From Wickerhamiella versatilis (taxonomy: Eukaryota), in assembly GCA_030867685.1 (NCBI GenBank), contig JAQOWU010000001.1, positions 186,001-250,000 on the forward strand: a stretch of 64,000 nt of DNA, read 5' to 3'. Of the stretch, positions 22,853 to 34,070 are shown one piece after another. Every line of letters starts with the position of its first letter. Within the stretch, counting starts at the first letter, position 1. Made by a program: the position numbers and the translations under genes. The notes beneath the pieces were generated by a model. It was given only the letters and a program-made list of their open reading frames with translations. It had not been told where the DNA came from and did not search any database.

Positions 22853-23387
22853 TTCTTTCGTAATGGAGATTCGCACATTTTTTCTTTTTTTCAAACTCTC
22901 CTATGTATATATAACGATTATTTTCTCGGCATATATAAAATATGTAAAAAAAAACCCATAAAATTTCTTAAATTCCAGATAGCTTGGGCTGCAGATCAAT
23001 GCACCATTGGCAATGGCGCCCTGTAATAGAGTCTGGCGACAGATTCTGGCGACAAAGCAAAGTGATGAATTCAATCCAAAAAGAGCCCATTTTTTTCAAG
23101 AGAAAAATGAATGCTATCTTGCATTGCCCTTCATGTGCCAGGTTCACCCTTGGGTAAGGGATAATTTTAGCGTTTGGCGCAAGAGACCGAAGCCACTGAT
23201 ATTAAATGATATCGTTCGAAAAGCTGGGGGTATATTAGATTAATCCCCCAAATAATTTTCTTAACCTCCCTCCTGTAATGCCAATTATCGGTCAAGAATA
23301 AACAATATGTGACTAAGTGGAACCACACGGGGTATCTGCAGAGTCGTATATAAGCTTTGCGATGTCCAATAGCGAGTTTAAGGCACA

Positions 23388-23873
23388 ATGGATAAACCTT
23401 TTATACCCCAAGGATTGCTGCAGTCATTAGCAACCGAAAAATATAATGATCCATGGAAGCCCACTCACCGTATGGCTCACCATCCTTCCACAGCCAACTC
23501 CTTAGCCTCCTCCCTTGCCAATGTCACTGCACCAAGTTGGGCAATTGATGAAAATTCATCAGAAGACATGGGTGCCACAACATTTGTGGACGAATTCGAC
23601 GACAAAATGGACCAAGATCCGACACAAGAGCTCAAAATGGAACTGGAAAACCTCGTCCAAGCAATCAGCATAGGAAAGTGCCCCACCATGGAGCGGGCTG
23701 CTGGCATGGAGGCATCACACCGACTGCTGGTAAGATTGAAGGAACTTCGAGAAGAAAATGAGAGACTCGCCAGACTAGCCACCGGCAGTAAAGTCTCTGA
23801 AATGGAGGTAGAGATCGACTTGTTAGTTCAAGAGAATGAGGAGCTGCACCGACAAGCCTCAGCCCAGCATTGA
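23388..23873 (+). CDS. Small Mum2/WTAP-like coiled-coil protein (putative m6A writer subunit)
   Basis: HRLLVRLKELREENERLARLATGSKVSEMEVEIDLLVQENEEL aligns without gaps, by eye, to the WTAP core segment as I recall it. Confidence 0.55.
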   Translation: MDKPFIPQGLLQSLATEKYNDPWKPTHRMAHHPSTANSLASSLANVTAPSWAIDENSSEDMGATTFVDEFDDKMDQDPTQELKMELENLVQAISIGKCPTMERAAGMEASHRLLVRLKELREENERLARLATGSKVSEMEVEIDLLVQENEELHRQASAQH

Positions 23874-24007
23874 TCAATTTCACGCAATTAACATTTATCA
23901 AATATTACTTCTATATTAGTGCATAAACATGGATAAGGATAGGGAGAAACCCTCGAGAGGGTTATACAAAATGACCGTAACCTTAGCCGCGACTGTTAAA
24001 AAAATGG

Positions 24008-24349
24008 CTAGTCCGCATAATATCTACCCTCTTCAAGCTCACCGATCTTGTTCTCTATGGCAATGTCATCGTCGGTATCTTCAACAACGGAAATGATGGA
24101 TTTCTTGTTCCTGTCCCAGTACGTCCAGAAGGTTTTAGCTCGAGCATAACGGGCAGACCCAGCCGCTGTTTCAACCATGGACTGAAGACTCTTGAAGATC
24201 TTGAGCAGATTCTGCTCGTCTTCGGAATCCTGAGATTTCTCGAGCTGCGCAATTGTAGATTCTAAATACTTGTAGCAACGGTTCTGTGCTGCCACATCTC
24301 CAGCGGGCATAAAGCCAGCACTGTAACTGAGATAGTCGTAAAGAGGCAT
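24008..24349 (-). CDS. 113-aa core-only paralog of the 22142-22852 protein
   Basis: Shares the RCxxYL motif and the FWxYWD...acidic...LEEGRYY motif with the upstream gene. Confidence 0.72.
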   Translation of the reverse strand: MPLYDYLSYSAGFMPAGDVAAQNRCYKYLESTIAQLEKSQDSEDEQNLLKIFKSLQSMVETAAGSARYARAKTFWTYWDRNKKSIISVVEDTDDDIAIENKIGELEEGRYYAD

Positions 24350-24809
24350 AGTTGAACTGGATTACAAATCTGCATTACTGTTCCTCTTTGACCCAAAATG
24401 GAACTGGTAACTAATCCTTTATCGCTTTAGGCACAAGGCTAACTATTTTACGTATAGCAATTAGTCCTGCTAGGCATAATGCATCATTAAGTTTTAGTCC
24501 CTGTCTCCCTTCCTCACGTGGTAGCAATATAATCAGATACCTTCACTTAGGTTCACTAAAAACCCGGCGATAGCATTCACCCAGCTTGATATCAGTGGTG
24601 AGGGAGCCCCAATTGATGTCAATTAAAGAGAGAGAATGCCAGGGTGATAGCTCTACTTCAAGCTTCATCATTGAGTTTCTACCCTGGGCCCAGGAAATTA
24701 TTTACTATTCATAGACAAATCAAACCTTGTCTGTCGCATTGGTGATATGCAGCAATAACTCTATTTTTATGACGAGACGAATTCTCACCAGAAGTACTAC
24801 TTTGCGTTT

Positions 24810-26276
24810 ATGGACCCCATACATCCCTCGGAAAAAAGTGAGCAAGGTCCTTCCCCCCTCGTTCCAACTGAGTACCCGCCCTCTGGAGAAGCATCAAGTT
24901 CAGATAGGTCAAAAGACCAAGACCAAGAGAGCACTGGCTGGCAACTTCAAATACAAGACTCAGGAGACTCAAATGCGCAGTCACATATAATTGTGGATAT
25001 AGCCCCAATATCAAAGGTAACAAATCTCGCGCATTGCCAAAACCAGCACTTCTATGCTCCAGCCAACTCACAGCTTGACCATATAGGCTCAATGCCATAT
25101 ATCGATTGCAACGCAAAGCCTGCGGATATGGATGCCATGCTAGCACAGATGCAGACATACGGAATTCCGTGTGCGGTGGTATACTCTTCATCCCTCGAGG
25201 GGTGTGCACTAGGACCAAAGCAGGACTGGCTAAAGCAGATGATCCCAAACCTCTTTACCATGGTTACTTCTTCCTCTGCGATACAACTTCTCCAGATACT
25301 CAGGAATCCTAGCCCGAGAGTGGTTACCGCATCAATCACCGGTTCCGACTCAAAGATTGGGCAACCACAAAAAGACAACAACTCTGCACTCATAGCGCTC
25401 TATGTCATTACATCTGTGGTTATTGTTACTCTACTGATCATTCTAACATGTGCGTTCATCAGAGTGAAGCGTCATCCAGAACGGTATAATGGCAGCAATC
25501 CAAATTACGCCAACCGCGCTCGAGGACTAGCCCGGGCAGTACTCGACTCAATTCCATTGGTACAAGTGTCAAAAAACCCAGAGAATGCAGACGAGGAGGC
25601 ACAGAAAAACAATACGAGAGGGACAGAAAATACCATTGTACCGACCTCGCAGCAGGGCTCAGTGATGCAAGGTGTACAGGAGAAGTCAGTTCAAGACCAG
25701 AATGGTACAGCGGCGATAGGAACAGCAACAAATCAGACACTTCAAAACGGCATCACTCACGAAACAGGGCCAGCACTGGCACATGGTCACCCAAGTGAAC
25801 GCCCTAGTGAAGCCAGTCCGAATCAAGCTAATTTGAATGCGAGCCATGACGGAAACAGAAATGAAAGAGGCAAAACACAGCCATTCACTCTTCTTTTGAC
25901 AGACAATGAGGATATTTGTCCGATTTGTTTTGACGAATATGAGGACGGCGATATACTGCGGTTTCTTCCATGTAGACACAAATTCCATGCCAAGTGCATT
26001 GATCCCTGGCTACTAGAAGCCAGTTCAGAGTGCCCTCTTTGCCGAAGAGACTTAGGCCAGAGCTGTAGACCACCTCGACCAAGTCATGAAGGTCATCATA
26101 GGCTAGCAGACTGTGGCTATACATTCCTTTACCGCGCAAAACAATGGAAAACTCGCTTGCATCATCACCATCATCACCACCATAATTATCGTAACCAGAA
26201 CCAATCGTCAATATCTGATTCCAGGCATGAAGACCATACAGATCTTAGTGACGTCTCTACAACACATCATGCTTAA
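24810..26276 (+). CDS. Transmembrane RING-H2 E3 ubiquitin ligase
   Basis: TM helix ALIALYVITSVVIVTLLIILTCAFI, HPERY, RARGLARAVLDSIP, RING-H2 CPICFDEY...PCRHKFHAKCIDPWL...CPLCR. Confidence 0.88.
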   Translation: MDPIHPSEKSEQGPSPLVPTEYPPSGEASSSDRSKDQDQESTGWQLQIQDSGDSNAQSHIIVDIAPISKVTNLAHCQNQHFYAPANSQLDHIGSMPYIDCNAKPADMDAMLAQMQTYGIPCAVVYSSSLEGCALGPKQDWLKQMIPNLFTMVTSSSAIQLLQILRNPSPRVVTASITGSDSKIGQPQKDNNSALIALYVITSVVIVTLLIILTCAFIRVKRHPERYNGSNPNYANRARGLARAVLDSIPLVQVSKNPENADEEAQKNNTRGTENTIVPTSQQGSVMQGVQEKSVQDQNGTAAIGTATNQTLQNGITHETGPALAHGHPSERPSEASPNQANLNASHDGNRNERGKTQPFTLLLTDNEDICPICFDEYEDGDILRFLPCRHKFHAKCIDPWLLEASSECPLCRRDLGQSCRPPRPSHEGHHRLADCGYTFLYRAKQWKTRLHHHHHHHHNYRNQNQSSISDSRHEDHTDLSDVSTTHHA

Positions 26277-26457
26277 ATATTTCCGAATATTACACTGCAT
26301 ATCCCAGGAAATTAAATGTGGGAGAAGAATCCTGATTTTAGAGAGAGCGCTAAAGTCTGAAGAAAAGAAAACAGCTTGTTGCGGGGCAGACAGTTGAGCT
26401 AAAAACTCCATCTATAGTAAAAAGTCATCGAACATAAGATATCCAAACCATTTTGTA

Positions 26458-27297
26458 TTAAAATTCAGGAACAACTACAAATTTAGAGGCAATTTCACCT
26501 AGTCTGAGGGCTTGGCTGCCATTTTTGAGCAGAACAACTTCCTCAACACTGGAAGAGGGTGCCGCTGGAGCAACATCAAAGATGCCTTCACCTATCTTCA
26601 TCGTAACACGACCAGATGCATGTTTTCTTAATGATCCAATACGTCCGTCTTGGAATTTTGTGTCTTTTAGATCGTCATCATCGTTATCATTACTCACTGG
26701 TTGTGATGTCTGAGCTTCGAGTCCTAGCTCAGGAATTTGAAATAGATATAATGAGTTCATATTAATTACGGGAATCTCAGATTCATCGAGCTGTACATCA
26801 TCACGCGGGACACGAAGGGGGAAAAATGGTTCCGCAGCTCTCTCGGGCTCAGCGATGTTTACCTTACTGCCCAATTCTTCTTCTTCCTCTTGCTGGAGAC
26901 CACCGTTTTCCAATTTGATGCGAGGACGACCGTCCGTATTTTCTTCCTTGGGCTGGCGAAGTTTTCTTTCTTTGTCTGAGATGCCTTCAGCTGTATTAAC
27001 TCTTCGAGGCATTCGTGAGGCAGATGGAGCTAGAGAGGGAGCTGCAAGCGGCCCTGCAGCCTCAGCCCTTGTACCGATGTTGCGAGCACCGCCTCGCCCT
27101 CTACGTGGAGGTTGTGGCTGTCGTTTTGCAGGTGCCGGTTCTTTTTCTTCCATTTTTACAGCAGGAGCCGTCTTCTCACGTTCTTCTTTTGACCTCCGCC
27201 CAACGACATTTGGCGCGAACCGAGGCTTCCCTCGAGAGGCTCCACTTAATCCTTGCAATCTCCCTGGTGGGGGCTGCTGTGTCGACGGCGGGGCCAT
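26458..27297 (-). CDS. RPC53: RNA polymerase III subunit C53/RPC4
   Basis: RFAPNVVGRRSKEER, YLFQIP, GRIGSLRKHASGRVTMKIG, LGEIASKFVVVPEF. Confidence 0.88.
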   Translation of the reverse strand: MAPPSTQQPPPGRLQGLSGASRGKPRFAPNVVGRRSKEEREKTAPAVKMEEKEPAPAKRQPQPPRRGRGGARNIGTRAEAAGPLAAPSLAPSASRMPRRVNTAEGISDKERKLRQPKEENTDGRPRIKLENGGLQQEEEEELGSKVNIAEPERAAEPFFPLRVPRDDVQLDESEIPVINMNSLYLFQIPELGLEAQTSQPVSNDNDDDDLKDTKFQDGRIGSLRKHASGRVTMKIGEGIFDVAPAAPSSSVEEVVLLKNGSQALRLGEIASKFVVVPEF

Positions 27298-27648
27298 CCA
27301 ATTTGCAACTTGGGCAAGGGTACAGATCCTCAGTTTTTTTCAGCGAGACCTTTACTTGTGCCCCCCCGGTACACGTGGTACATAAATTTGAATACTATCA
27401 TAATACAATTTGATTTATGCTAAATGAAAAGAAACGATAGAAGTAATCTCTTAACGACTCTCGGGGAAAGGCACCTTAACTAAAGCATATATGATGACCT
27501 CTTTGAGTGGCTTCTGATATTGTATACTCCACAAGCTTCAATTTCAAAATATGGAGTCGTTATCAACATATCTAGATGAGTTCTTGCTTGAGCTAGGCGT
27601 TGCATGAAGGACTGTGTACGTAAGCATTTTCTTCCCTCCAGGCGCGCT

Positions 27649-28992
27649 ATGGCAGAAGTCACAGACTCTGACACCGATGCCTGGACCTTTGGCCAGTGTT
27701 TTGGTGACAAGAGTGACATTGATAGTTTGAGCGAAAGTGATATCATTAGCGCAGTTGAGTTCGACCACACCGGAAACTATCTCGCTACTGGCGATCGAGG
27801 TGGCCGTGTTGTACTCTTTGAACGGTCATCTGGGAAGGGCAAAAAGCCTGAATATCGCTTTTTGACAGAATTTCAATCTCATGAACGCGAATTTGACTAT
27901 CTCAAGAGTCTTGAGATAGAGGAAAAAATCAACCAGATCCGATGGTGCAAAAGACATAGTAACGCTTTGTATCTTCTCACTACCAATGACAAGACGATCA
28001 AGCTATGGAAAATTTATCAGAAATCTATCCGTCTTGTTTCAGAGAATAATGCTACAGATCGACTAGATGCCTCATCGTTTGCATCATTCGACATGAGCAA
28101 ACTGCGACTTCCGCGAGTGTCAGTTCATGATACAATTATTGCAACGACTCCGCGGTGTACATACGCGAATGCACATACCTACCATATCAACTCGCTGAGC
28201 GTGAATAGTGATAGTGAAACATTCCTCTCCAGCGACGACCTGCGGATCAACCTTTGGAATATGGACGTTCCAAACCAAAGTTTTAATATTGTTGATATAC
28301 GCCCGGCCACAATGGAGGAGCTTACCGAGGTAATTACGGCTACTGAATGCCATCCTACTAGCTGCAGTCTTTTCATGTATGCAACATGCAAAGGCAATGT
28401 CAGGTTGGCAGATATGCGTGAACGAGCTCTCTGTGATCAGTATGCAAAACTATATGAAGATCAAACAGACCCATTAAATGACAGTTTTTTCACGGAACTA
28501 ACTTCCTCAATATCAGATGTTAAATTTAGCCCAGATGGCAGATACATTGTTGCTCGGGATTTCATGAATGTCAAAATTTGGGACGTAAATATGGAAAGCC
28601 AGCCCGTCAAGACAATTCCAGTACATGAAAACCTTAAGAGCCATCTTTGCACGAGCTATGAGACTGATTCCATATTTGATAAATTCGAAGTGTGCGTTTC
28701 CGGCGACTCTAAGAGTGTTGTTACCGGTTCGTACTCTAATCAATTTAACATATATCCGGGTGTCCTCTCGGACGTCAGTTTTGATACAGAGCCTGTAACG
28801 TTGTGTGCGGATAAAGGAGTTTTCCGCCAGCGTCGTTCAGATTCGCCTAAAGGACGAAGAGTAATGATGCGTCGGGCGAGGCGGCAAATCGACTTTCGTA
28901 AGAATATTTTGCATTTGAGTTGGCACCCATTGGAAAATACTGTGGCAATAGCTGCAACCAATAACCTTTTTGTTTTTAATGCTCAGCAATAG
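27649..28992 (+). CDS. CDC55: PP2A regulatory B55 subunit
   Basis: [50 protein letters not shown]. An in-frame upstream ATG at 27604 is an alternative start. Confidence 0.95.
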   Translation: MAEVTDSDTDAWTFGQCFGDKSDIDSLSESDIISAVEFDHTGNYLATGDRGGRVVLFERSSGKGKKPEYRFLTEFQSHEREFDYLKSLEIEEKINQIRWCKRHSNALYLLTTNDKTIKLWKIYQKSIRLVSENNATDRLDASSFASFDMSKLRLPRVSVHDTIIATTPRCTYANAHTYHINSLSVNSDSETFLSSDDLRINLWNMDVPNQSFNIVDIRPATMEELTEVITATECHPTSCSLFMYATCKGNVRLADMRERALCDQYAKLYEDQTDPLNDSFFTELTSSISDVKFSPDGRYIVARDFMNVKIWDVNMESQPVKTIPVHENLKSHLCTSYETDSIFDKFEVCVSGDSKSVVTGSYSNQFNIYPGVLSDVSFDTEPVTLCADKGVFRQRRSDSPKGRRVMMRRARRQIDFRKNILHLSWHPLENTVAIAATNNLFVFNAQQ

Positions 28993-29240
28993 CTCCTGGA
29001 GCGGCCTTTTCAAGCAATGTATGCATTCGCGGGGCGAACAGTGGATCAGAATACTTTTAGGACTTCTCAGAGCGAATCCAGTCCACTAGGTCACAGGCTG
29101 ACTAGATACATCTATATAATGACAACAAAGCTTAGTTCAATTGGATAGATTAATTGACTCGATTAATGGATGGGGACCTATGGCTATCGTTTTCTACATA
29201 ATACATATTAAGCCACAATTTCTAAAGCCTTTATATCGGA

Positions 29241-29744
29241 TTAGTCGCATCCGAAGAAAGCAGGACGGGCAATTGTCCGCTTATGGTGGAGAGAATGCGA
29301 CATGTTTTCCTTTCCTGAAAATATTACGCTGTCAGCACGGCTATTTTTTTCTGAAAGCCAAGCTATTGTTGATCGAAGAGATTCCAGTTCTATGCGTGTT
29401 GTACGATGTTCAGTCAGTAGGTAATGAACCTCTTTTAGAACCTCGAGATACTTTGCTTTTAACTCCTTATGCGATCCTATCAAGTTCTCATGAGATGCAA
29501 TAAGTTTGCGATAATCATTAGCAACATCATTCATGTTCATGTTGTAGTGCCTTGAGGCTTCCAATGCCCCTTTCAAGAGTTTGACCTTCTTTTGTGCATT
29601 GGATAATTCTACTTTCATGCTTGTTAGAGCTTTCAAGGCGTCTGTATTGCTGGCCTCAGATTCCTTGTCGTGACTGCAAGACTTTAAAGACTCATTCATT
29701 TCACTGGAACTTTGGGAGGGTTTCATTTTGTTTATTTCCATCAT
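29241..29744 (-). CDS. Hypothetical coiled-coil protein
   Basis: 167-aa ATG-initiated ORF with heptad pattern filling the CDC55-ATP1 gap; no family recognised. Confidence 0.5.
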   Translation of the reverse strand: MMEINKMKPSQSSSEMNESLKSCSHDKESEASNTDALKALTSMKVELSNAQKKVKLLKGALEASRHYNMNMNDVANDYRKLIASHENLIGSHKELKAKYLEVLKEVHYLLTEHRTTRIELESLRSTIAWLSEKNSRADSVIFSGKENMSHSLHHKRTIARPAFFGCD

Positions 29745-29965
29745 TGACTGGGTCTGACTTTACCTCTAAGTCGAGAGGACGCCTCATATGAGGCATGAGG
29801 CACACCCCTTGCCCTCATTACACCTAGCACAAGATGCTTTAAAAACTAATATTCAAATTCATTTTTATCACAACGCGGTCTTAAATGATATTGCACACTC
29901 AAGCCCAAATGTTACGTAGTTTTAGCTTCAAGCGTTAAGGTCTATCGCTAGGCTACTAGCTAAGT

Positions 29966-31600
29966 CTAGCTGAACGACGCAGTGAACGACTCAGCGGCAG
30001 ACTTAAGTGCGGCAAGTTCGTCCTTTGTCAGTTCACCCTTCTTGTCAATGGCATCAACAATCCCCTTCTCATTTGCCTTGATGTACTCACGGAACTCCTT
30101 CTCATAGCGTGCAACATCGCTGACGGCGACGTTGTCAAGGAAACCGTTCACACCAGCATAGATCACAGGAGCCTGCTCAGATGCAGCCAATGGCGAGAAT
30201 TGGGGCTGCACCAGCAGCTGGGTCAAACGCTCACCACGAGTCAAAGTCTGCTTGGTTGAGGCATCAAGATCAGAACCGAACTGAGCGAAGGCAGCGACTT
30301 CACGGTACTGAGCAAGGTAAAGCTTCAAGGAACCAGCAACCTGCTTGACGGCCTTAACCTGGGCGGCAGAACCGACACGCGAGACAGAAAGACCGACGTT
30401 GATAGCGGGACGGATACCCTTGTAGAACAACTCGGTTTCCAAGAAAATCTGGCCGTCAGTAATCGAAATTACGTTGGTGGGAATGTAGGCAGAGACATCA
30501 CCACCCTGGGTTTCAATGACTGGGAGCGCAGTGAGCGAGCCAGCACCCTCTCTCTCGTTAAGCTTGGCAGAACGCTCAAGGAGACGTGAGTGGAGGTAGA
30601 AGACATCACCTGGGTACGCCTCACGTCCAGGGGGACGACGAAGCAACAGAGACATCTGACGGTAGGCAACAGCCTGCTTCGACAAGTCATCGTAGATGAC
30701 CAAGGAGTGGCGCTTGTTGTCACGGAACCACTCGCCGATGGCGCAACCAGTGAATGGGGCCAAGTATTGAAGGGGTGCAGCCTCAGAGGCGGTAGCGGCG
30801 ACGATGGTGGTGTACTTAAGGGCACCGTTGGCCTCAAGGGTCTGAGAGAGCTGGGCAACAGTAGAACGCTTCTGTCCTACAGCGACGTAGACACAGTAAA
30901 GCTTCTTAGACTCGTCGCTGTTGTTGTTGAGAGGCTTCTGGTTGATGACGGCATCAATAGCAACGGCAGTCTTACCGGTCTGACGGTCACCGATGATCAG
31001 CTCACGCTGACCACGGCCGATTGGCACAAGGGTGTCAACAGCCTTAAGACCAGTCTGCATAGGCTCGTGGACCGAACGACGGGGGAGAATGCCTGGAGCC
31101 TTGAGCTGGGCACGACGGCGCTCCTTGGCGTTGAGGGGGCCCTTGCCATCGATAGGGTTACCAAGGGCATCGACAACACGGCCGAGAAGTTCAGGGCCGA
31201 CAGGAACGTCAACAATAGAACCGGTACGCTTGACGGTCTCACCCTCACGTACAAGTGCATCGGAACCGAACAGCACAATACCGACCTGGCCGGCCTCCAA
31301 GTTCAGAGCCATACCTTTGACACCGGACGCAAACTCGACCAGTTCCTCGGCCTGGATCTTGTTCAAACCGAAAACACGGGCAACACCGTCACCAATAGAC
31401 AGGACACGTCCGGTCTCGTCGAGCGACGCCTCAGCGGAGACACCACGGATTCGCTCCTCGAGGATCGACGAAACCTCAGTTGGGGAAGCCTTCGCGGCAA
31501 ATCCACGGAATCCCATGCTGGCATAAGGGACAGCAGGACGCATCCGTAGAGCGGCTGGCGCGGCGCGGCGCGCAGTCTGACAGAAGGCACTTCGAAGCAT
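29966..31600 (-). CDS. ATP1: Mitochondrial F1-ATP synthase alpha subunit
   Basis: Arg-rich presequence, [29 protein letters not shown]; strong codon bias. Confidence 0.99.
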   Translation of the reverse strand: MLRSAFCQTARRAAPAALRMRPAVPYASMGFRGFAAKASPTEVSSILEERIRGVSAEASLDETGRVLSIGDGVARVFGLNKIQAEELVEFASGVKGMALNLEAGQVGIVLFGSDALVREGETVKRTGSIVDVPVGPELLGRVVDALGNPIDGKGPLNAKERRRAQLKAPGILPRRSVHEPMQTGLKAVDTLVPIGRGQRELIIGDRQTGKTAVAIDAVINQKPLNNNSDESKKLYCVYVAVGQKRSTVAQLSQTLEANGALKYTTIVAATASEAAPLQYLAPFTGCAIGEWFRDNKRHSLVIYDDLSKQAVAYRQMSLLLRRPPGREAYPGDVFYLHSRLLERSAKLNEREGAGSLTALPVIETQGGDVSAYIPTNVISITDGQIFLETELFYKGIRPAINVGLSVSRVGSAAQVKAVKQVAGSLKLYLAQYREVAAFAQFGSDLDASTKQTLTRGERLTQLLVQPQFSPLAASEQAPVIYAGVNGFLDNVAVSDVARYEKEFREYIKANEKGIVDAIDKKGELTKDELAALKSAAESFTASFS

Positions 31601-31683
31601 CTGCGGTGAGATGGGTTGGAAAAGTGTGACAGAGCACAGGAGCCAGTAAGAGCTCCCAATGTAGCCCTAACCCTCGAAGATTG

Positions 31684-31690
31684 TGATTGG
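31684..31690 (-). promoter_or_regulatory. CCAATCA box (Hap2/3/5-type) upstream of ATP1; another CCAAT at 33540-33544 upstream of COX13
   Basis: tgattgg on the plus strand about 85 bp upstream of the ATP1 ATG; respiratory genes are established HAP targets. Confidence 0.45.
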
Positions 31691-32196
31691 TCAGAGTACG
31701 CAACGACACAAATTCAGAGGGCTCGGCGCGCGCCAAATATAATCTTTTCCCCAAGGATTTTCGCAGAGTCCAGTATGTATCTCGTACGATCCTGGAGTGT
31801 AGCGTCTACACGTGGATCAGGTATATAATATTATTTGCTGTCTTCTAGAAGCCATAGGTAACTAATTGAGATTAGGATTAGGCGAGATTTAATGGCAAAA
31901 CAGAACTAGTTCAGCTTCTTACTACAGGGTTTACAGAACAGATGTAAAATGCCTCTACGCGAATTTGAGTTGAGTACTTAACTGGGATTACATAACATAT
32001 CGGCAGTTCACATGGGCTGAGGCTATTACCATCTTTGGTGTTGCGAAATTTTCACAGTTATAGTGGAAAAAGATCATTGGGGGTGCATCTAACATTATAA
32101 TTGGCGGTTAAAAGTATTTATTCTGGAAGATTTATAAAGCGGATTTTCATTTATAGGCTCCTTTTTGTGACAACGTAATTAGTGATTTCCACTAAC

Positions 32197-33219
32197 ATGT
32201 TCTCTGAGATAGTGCTAGCTCCGATGGCTGGTGTATGCACACCTAAACTAGTGGCCAAAGCATGCAATGCTGGAATAATAGGATCACTGGGTGGTGGGAT
32301 GATGGCTCCTGCAGCTTTGAAAGATGCTATTGCCGATATTCGGAAACAAGTAGGGGCTCATGCAAAGTATAACATAAACTTGTTCGTGGTTGACGATTCA
32401 CCTGAACCGCCCAATCATTCAACTGCTTGGTCTGCTCCCCCATGGTTTGGGAATTATTGTGCCGAACAGGGATATAACGTTCCAACCGACCTTGCACCTC
32501 CCTTTGCCCCGAGATTCACAGAGCAATTCGAAGTTGTTCTCCAGAGCAAACCGCCTATTGCTAGTTTTACTTTTGGAATCTTACCACCGTCTCAAATAAA
32601 TCGCTGCAAAGCTGCTGGAATTGAAGTGTGGGGGACAGCCACATCGGCCGAAGAGGCACGACAATGGGCTGAAAACGGTGCTGATGTCGTTGTACTCCAA
32701 GGGTGTGAGGCAGGAGGGCACCAAGGCTCATTCAATGTCAGAGGTGATCCCTCAATGACAGGACTCGAAAACCTTTTTGCGAATTGCAAGGAGCAGGTCA
32801 ATATTCCAATCATTGTAGCTGGTGGAATCATGTCTGGTACTACGATCAAGAAATTTATTCGCCAAGGGGCGAAAGCAGCTCAACTGGGCACCATATTTCT
32901 TGGAGCCACCGATAGTGGTATTGCAGAACCATACTTCCAAGCTCTGTATTCTGGCCGTAAAACATCGCTGACCCGCTCGTTCACGGGTAGGTGGGCCCGG
33001 GGAATTGACAATAAGTTCATTGAGGAGACTGCATCTTTGCCAGCGCTTCCATATCCCGTTCAAAACCGGCTAACCCAGCCACTGCGAAAGCAAGCTGCTC
33101 TCGCTGGTGATTTGGAGCATATGTCGATGTGGGCGGGCACCAACCTCGATAGATGTAGGAAGAAGTCAGTCAGTGAAATTGTGTCTGAATTGAAGTCCGA
33201 GATGCATGCTGCTGAGTGA
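32197..33219 (+). CDS. Nitronate monooxygenase (FMN-dependent, 2-nitropropane dioxygenase family)
   Basis: IVLAPMAG, QGCEAGGHQG, AGGIM, AAQLGT, TRSFTGRWARGI, LPYPVQN..TQPLR, SMWAG; first ATG at 32197. Confidence 0.92.
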   Translation: MFSEIVLAPMAGVCTPKLVAKACNAGIIGSLGGGMMAPAALKDAIADIRKQVGAHAKYNINLFVVDDSPEPPNHSTAWSAPPWFGNYCAEQGYNVPTDLAPPFAPRFTEQFEVVLQSKPPIASFTFGILPPSQINRCKAAGIEVWGTATSAEEARQWAENGADVVVLQGCEAGGHQGSFNVRGDPSMTGLENLFANCKEQVNIPIIVAGGIMSGTTIKKFIRQGAKAAQLGTIFLGATDSGIAEPYFQALYSGRKTSLTRSFTGRWARGIDNKFIEETASLPALPYPVQNRLTQPLRKQAALAGDLEHMSMWAGTNLDRCRKKSVSEIVSELKSEMHAAE

Positions 33220-33575
33220 CTCCAGCCCGGACACCCATACCGATTTAGGATTCATTCGTGTGTGGTGAAAGAAATGGTGTTTGACGGATTTTTCTTTGTA
33301 GATGACGGCCTCGCGAGCAAGAATATTGGCCCCGATAGCGGGTGCTAGCCCAATGACTATTTTGTTTTCGACCATTTTGGAGTCGTTATAGATTTTATAT
33401 GAATAGAGGTAAAAATTAAGACAAAAAAAGGTTTAAAACAGATTGTTGTGAGACTTTACGGAACTTCGCACTGTGGAGATGGTTAGGGGAGCACAAGATG
33501 ACAAATCGGAAATCATCGTTTTAATCGCTTACCAAACAGCCAATCCCAAGAGGCCTCATTTTTATCTCTCTAACC

Positions 33576-33947
33576 ATGTTTCATCGTAGCACTGTGCAGG
33601 CGTCGCGAGCTTTCACGCGTTTGAACCATCGTTTGGCGTATGAGCCAAACCCAGAGAAGGCAAAGGCTTTCATTGAAAACATCAAACACACCCAGGAGCA
33701 CAACAAGAAGAGCAGTGGCTTGTGGCGGAACATCTCCCTTGCTACGATTCCTATAATCGCGTGGTGTGCCTACGTTACTTACGGTAAGGAAGCTCACCAT
33801 GTCCACCATATCGAAGAGCTTAACAATATCCCTGACGACGAATGGCCCAAGGAGTTTGAATATCAGAACATTCGTTCTAAGAAGTTTCCGTGGGGTGATG
33901 GAGACAAGTCCCTCTTCTGGTCTTGGACAAACAAGCACCGCGAGTAG
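33576..33947 (+). CDS. COX13: Cytochrome c oxidase subunit 6A/13
   Basis: LWRNIS, EAHH, YQNIRSKKFPWGDGDKSLFW. Confidence 0.93.
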   Translation: MFHRSTVQASRAFTRLNHRLAYEPNPEKAKAFIENIKHTQEHNKKSSGLWRNISLATIPIIAWCAYVTYGKEAHHVHHIEELNNIPDDEWPKEFEYQNIRSKKFPWGDGDKSLFWSWTNKHRE

Positions 33948-34070
33948 TTTATTTTTACGAATACTAGCTAGTTAACTTGCAAATAACAATCGTAAAGTCT
34001 TTTTTGCTAGCTTCTGGAACCTATGTACTTATATCGTTTTTTTGACATTATTTCCTAGCATATGACATGA

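Noticed and set aside
30590-31549. 319-aa plus-strand ORF inside ATP1
   Set aside because: Antisense shadow of a strongly codon-biased gene; no recognisable motifs.
31601-31612. CTCACCGCAG immediately before the ATP1 ATG, resembling a 3' splice site
   Set aside because: No convincing donor site nearby; the upstream region looks like a promoter with a CCAAT box.
33218-33384. 7-bp inverted repeat GACTCCA...TGGAGTC after the nitronate monooxygenase gene
   Set aside because: Too short to support a MITE or structured RNA; no target-site duplication or second copy seen.
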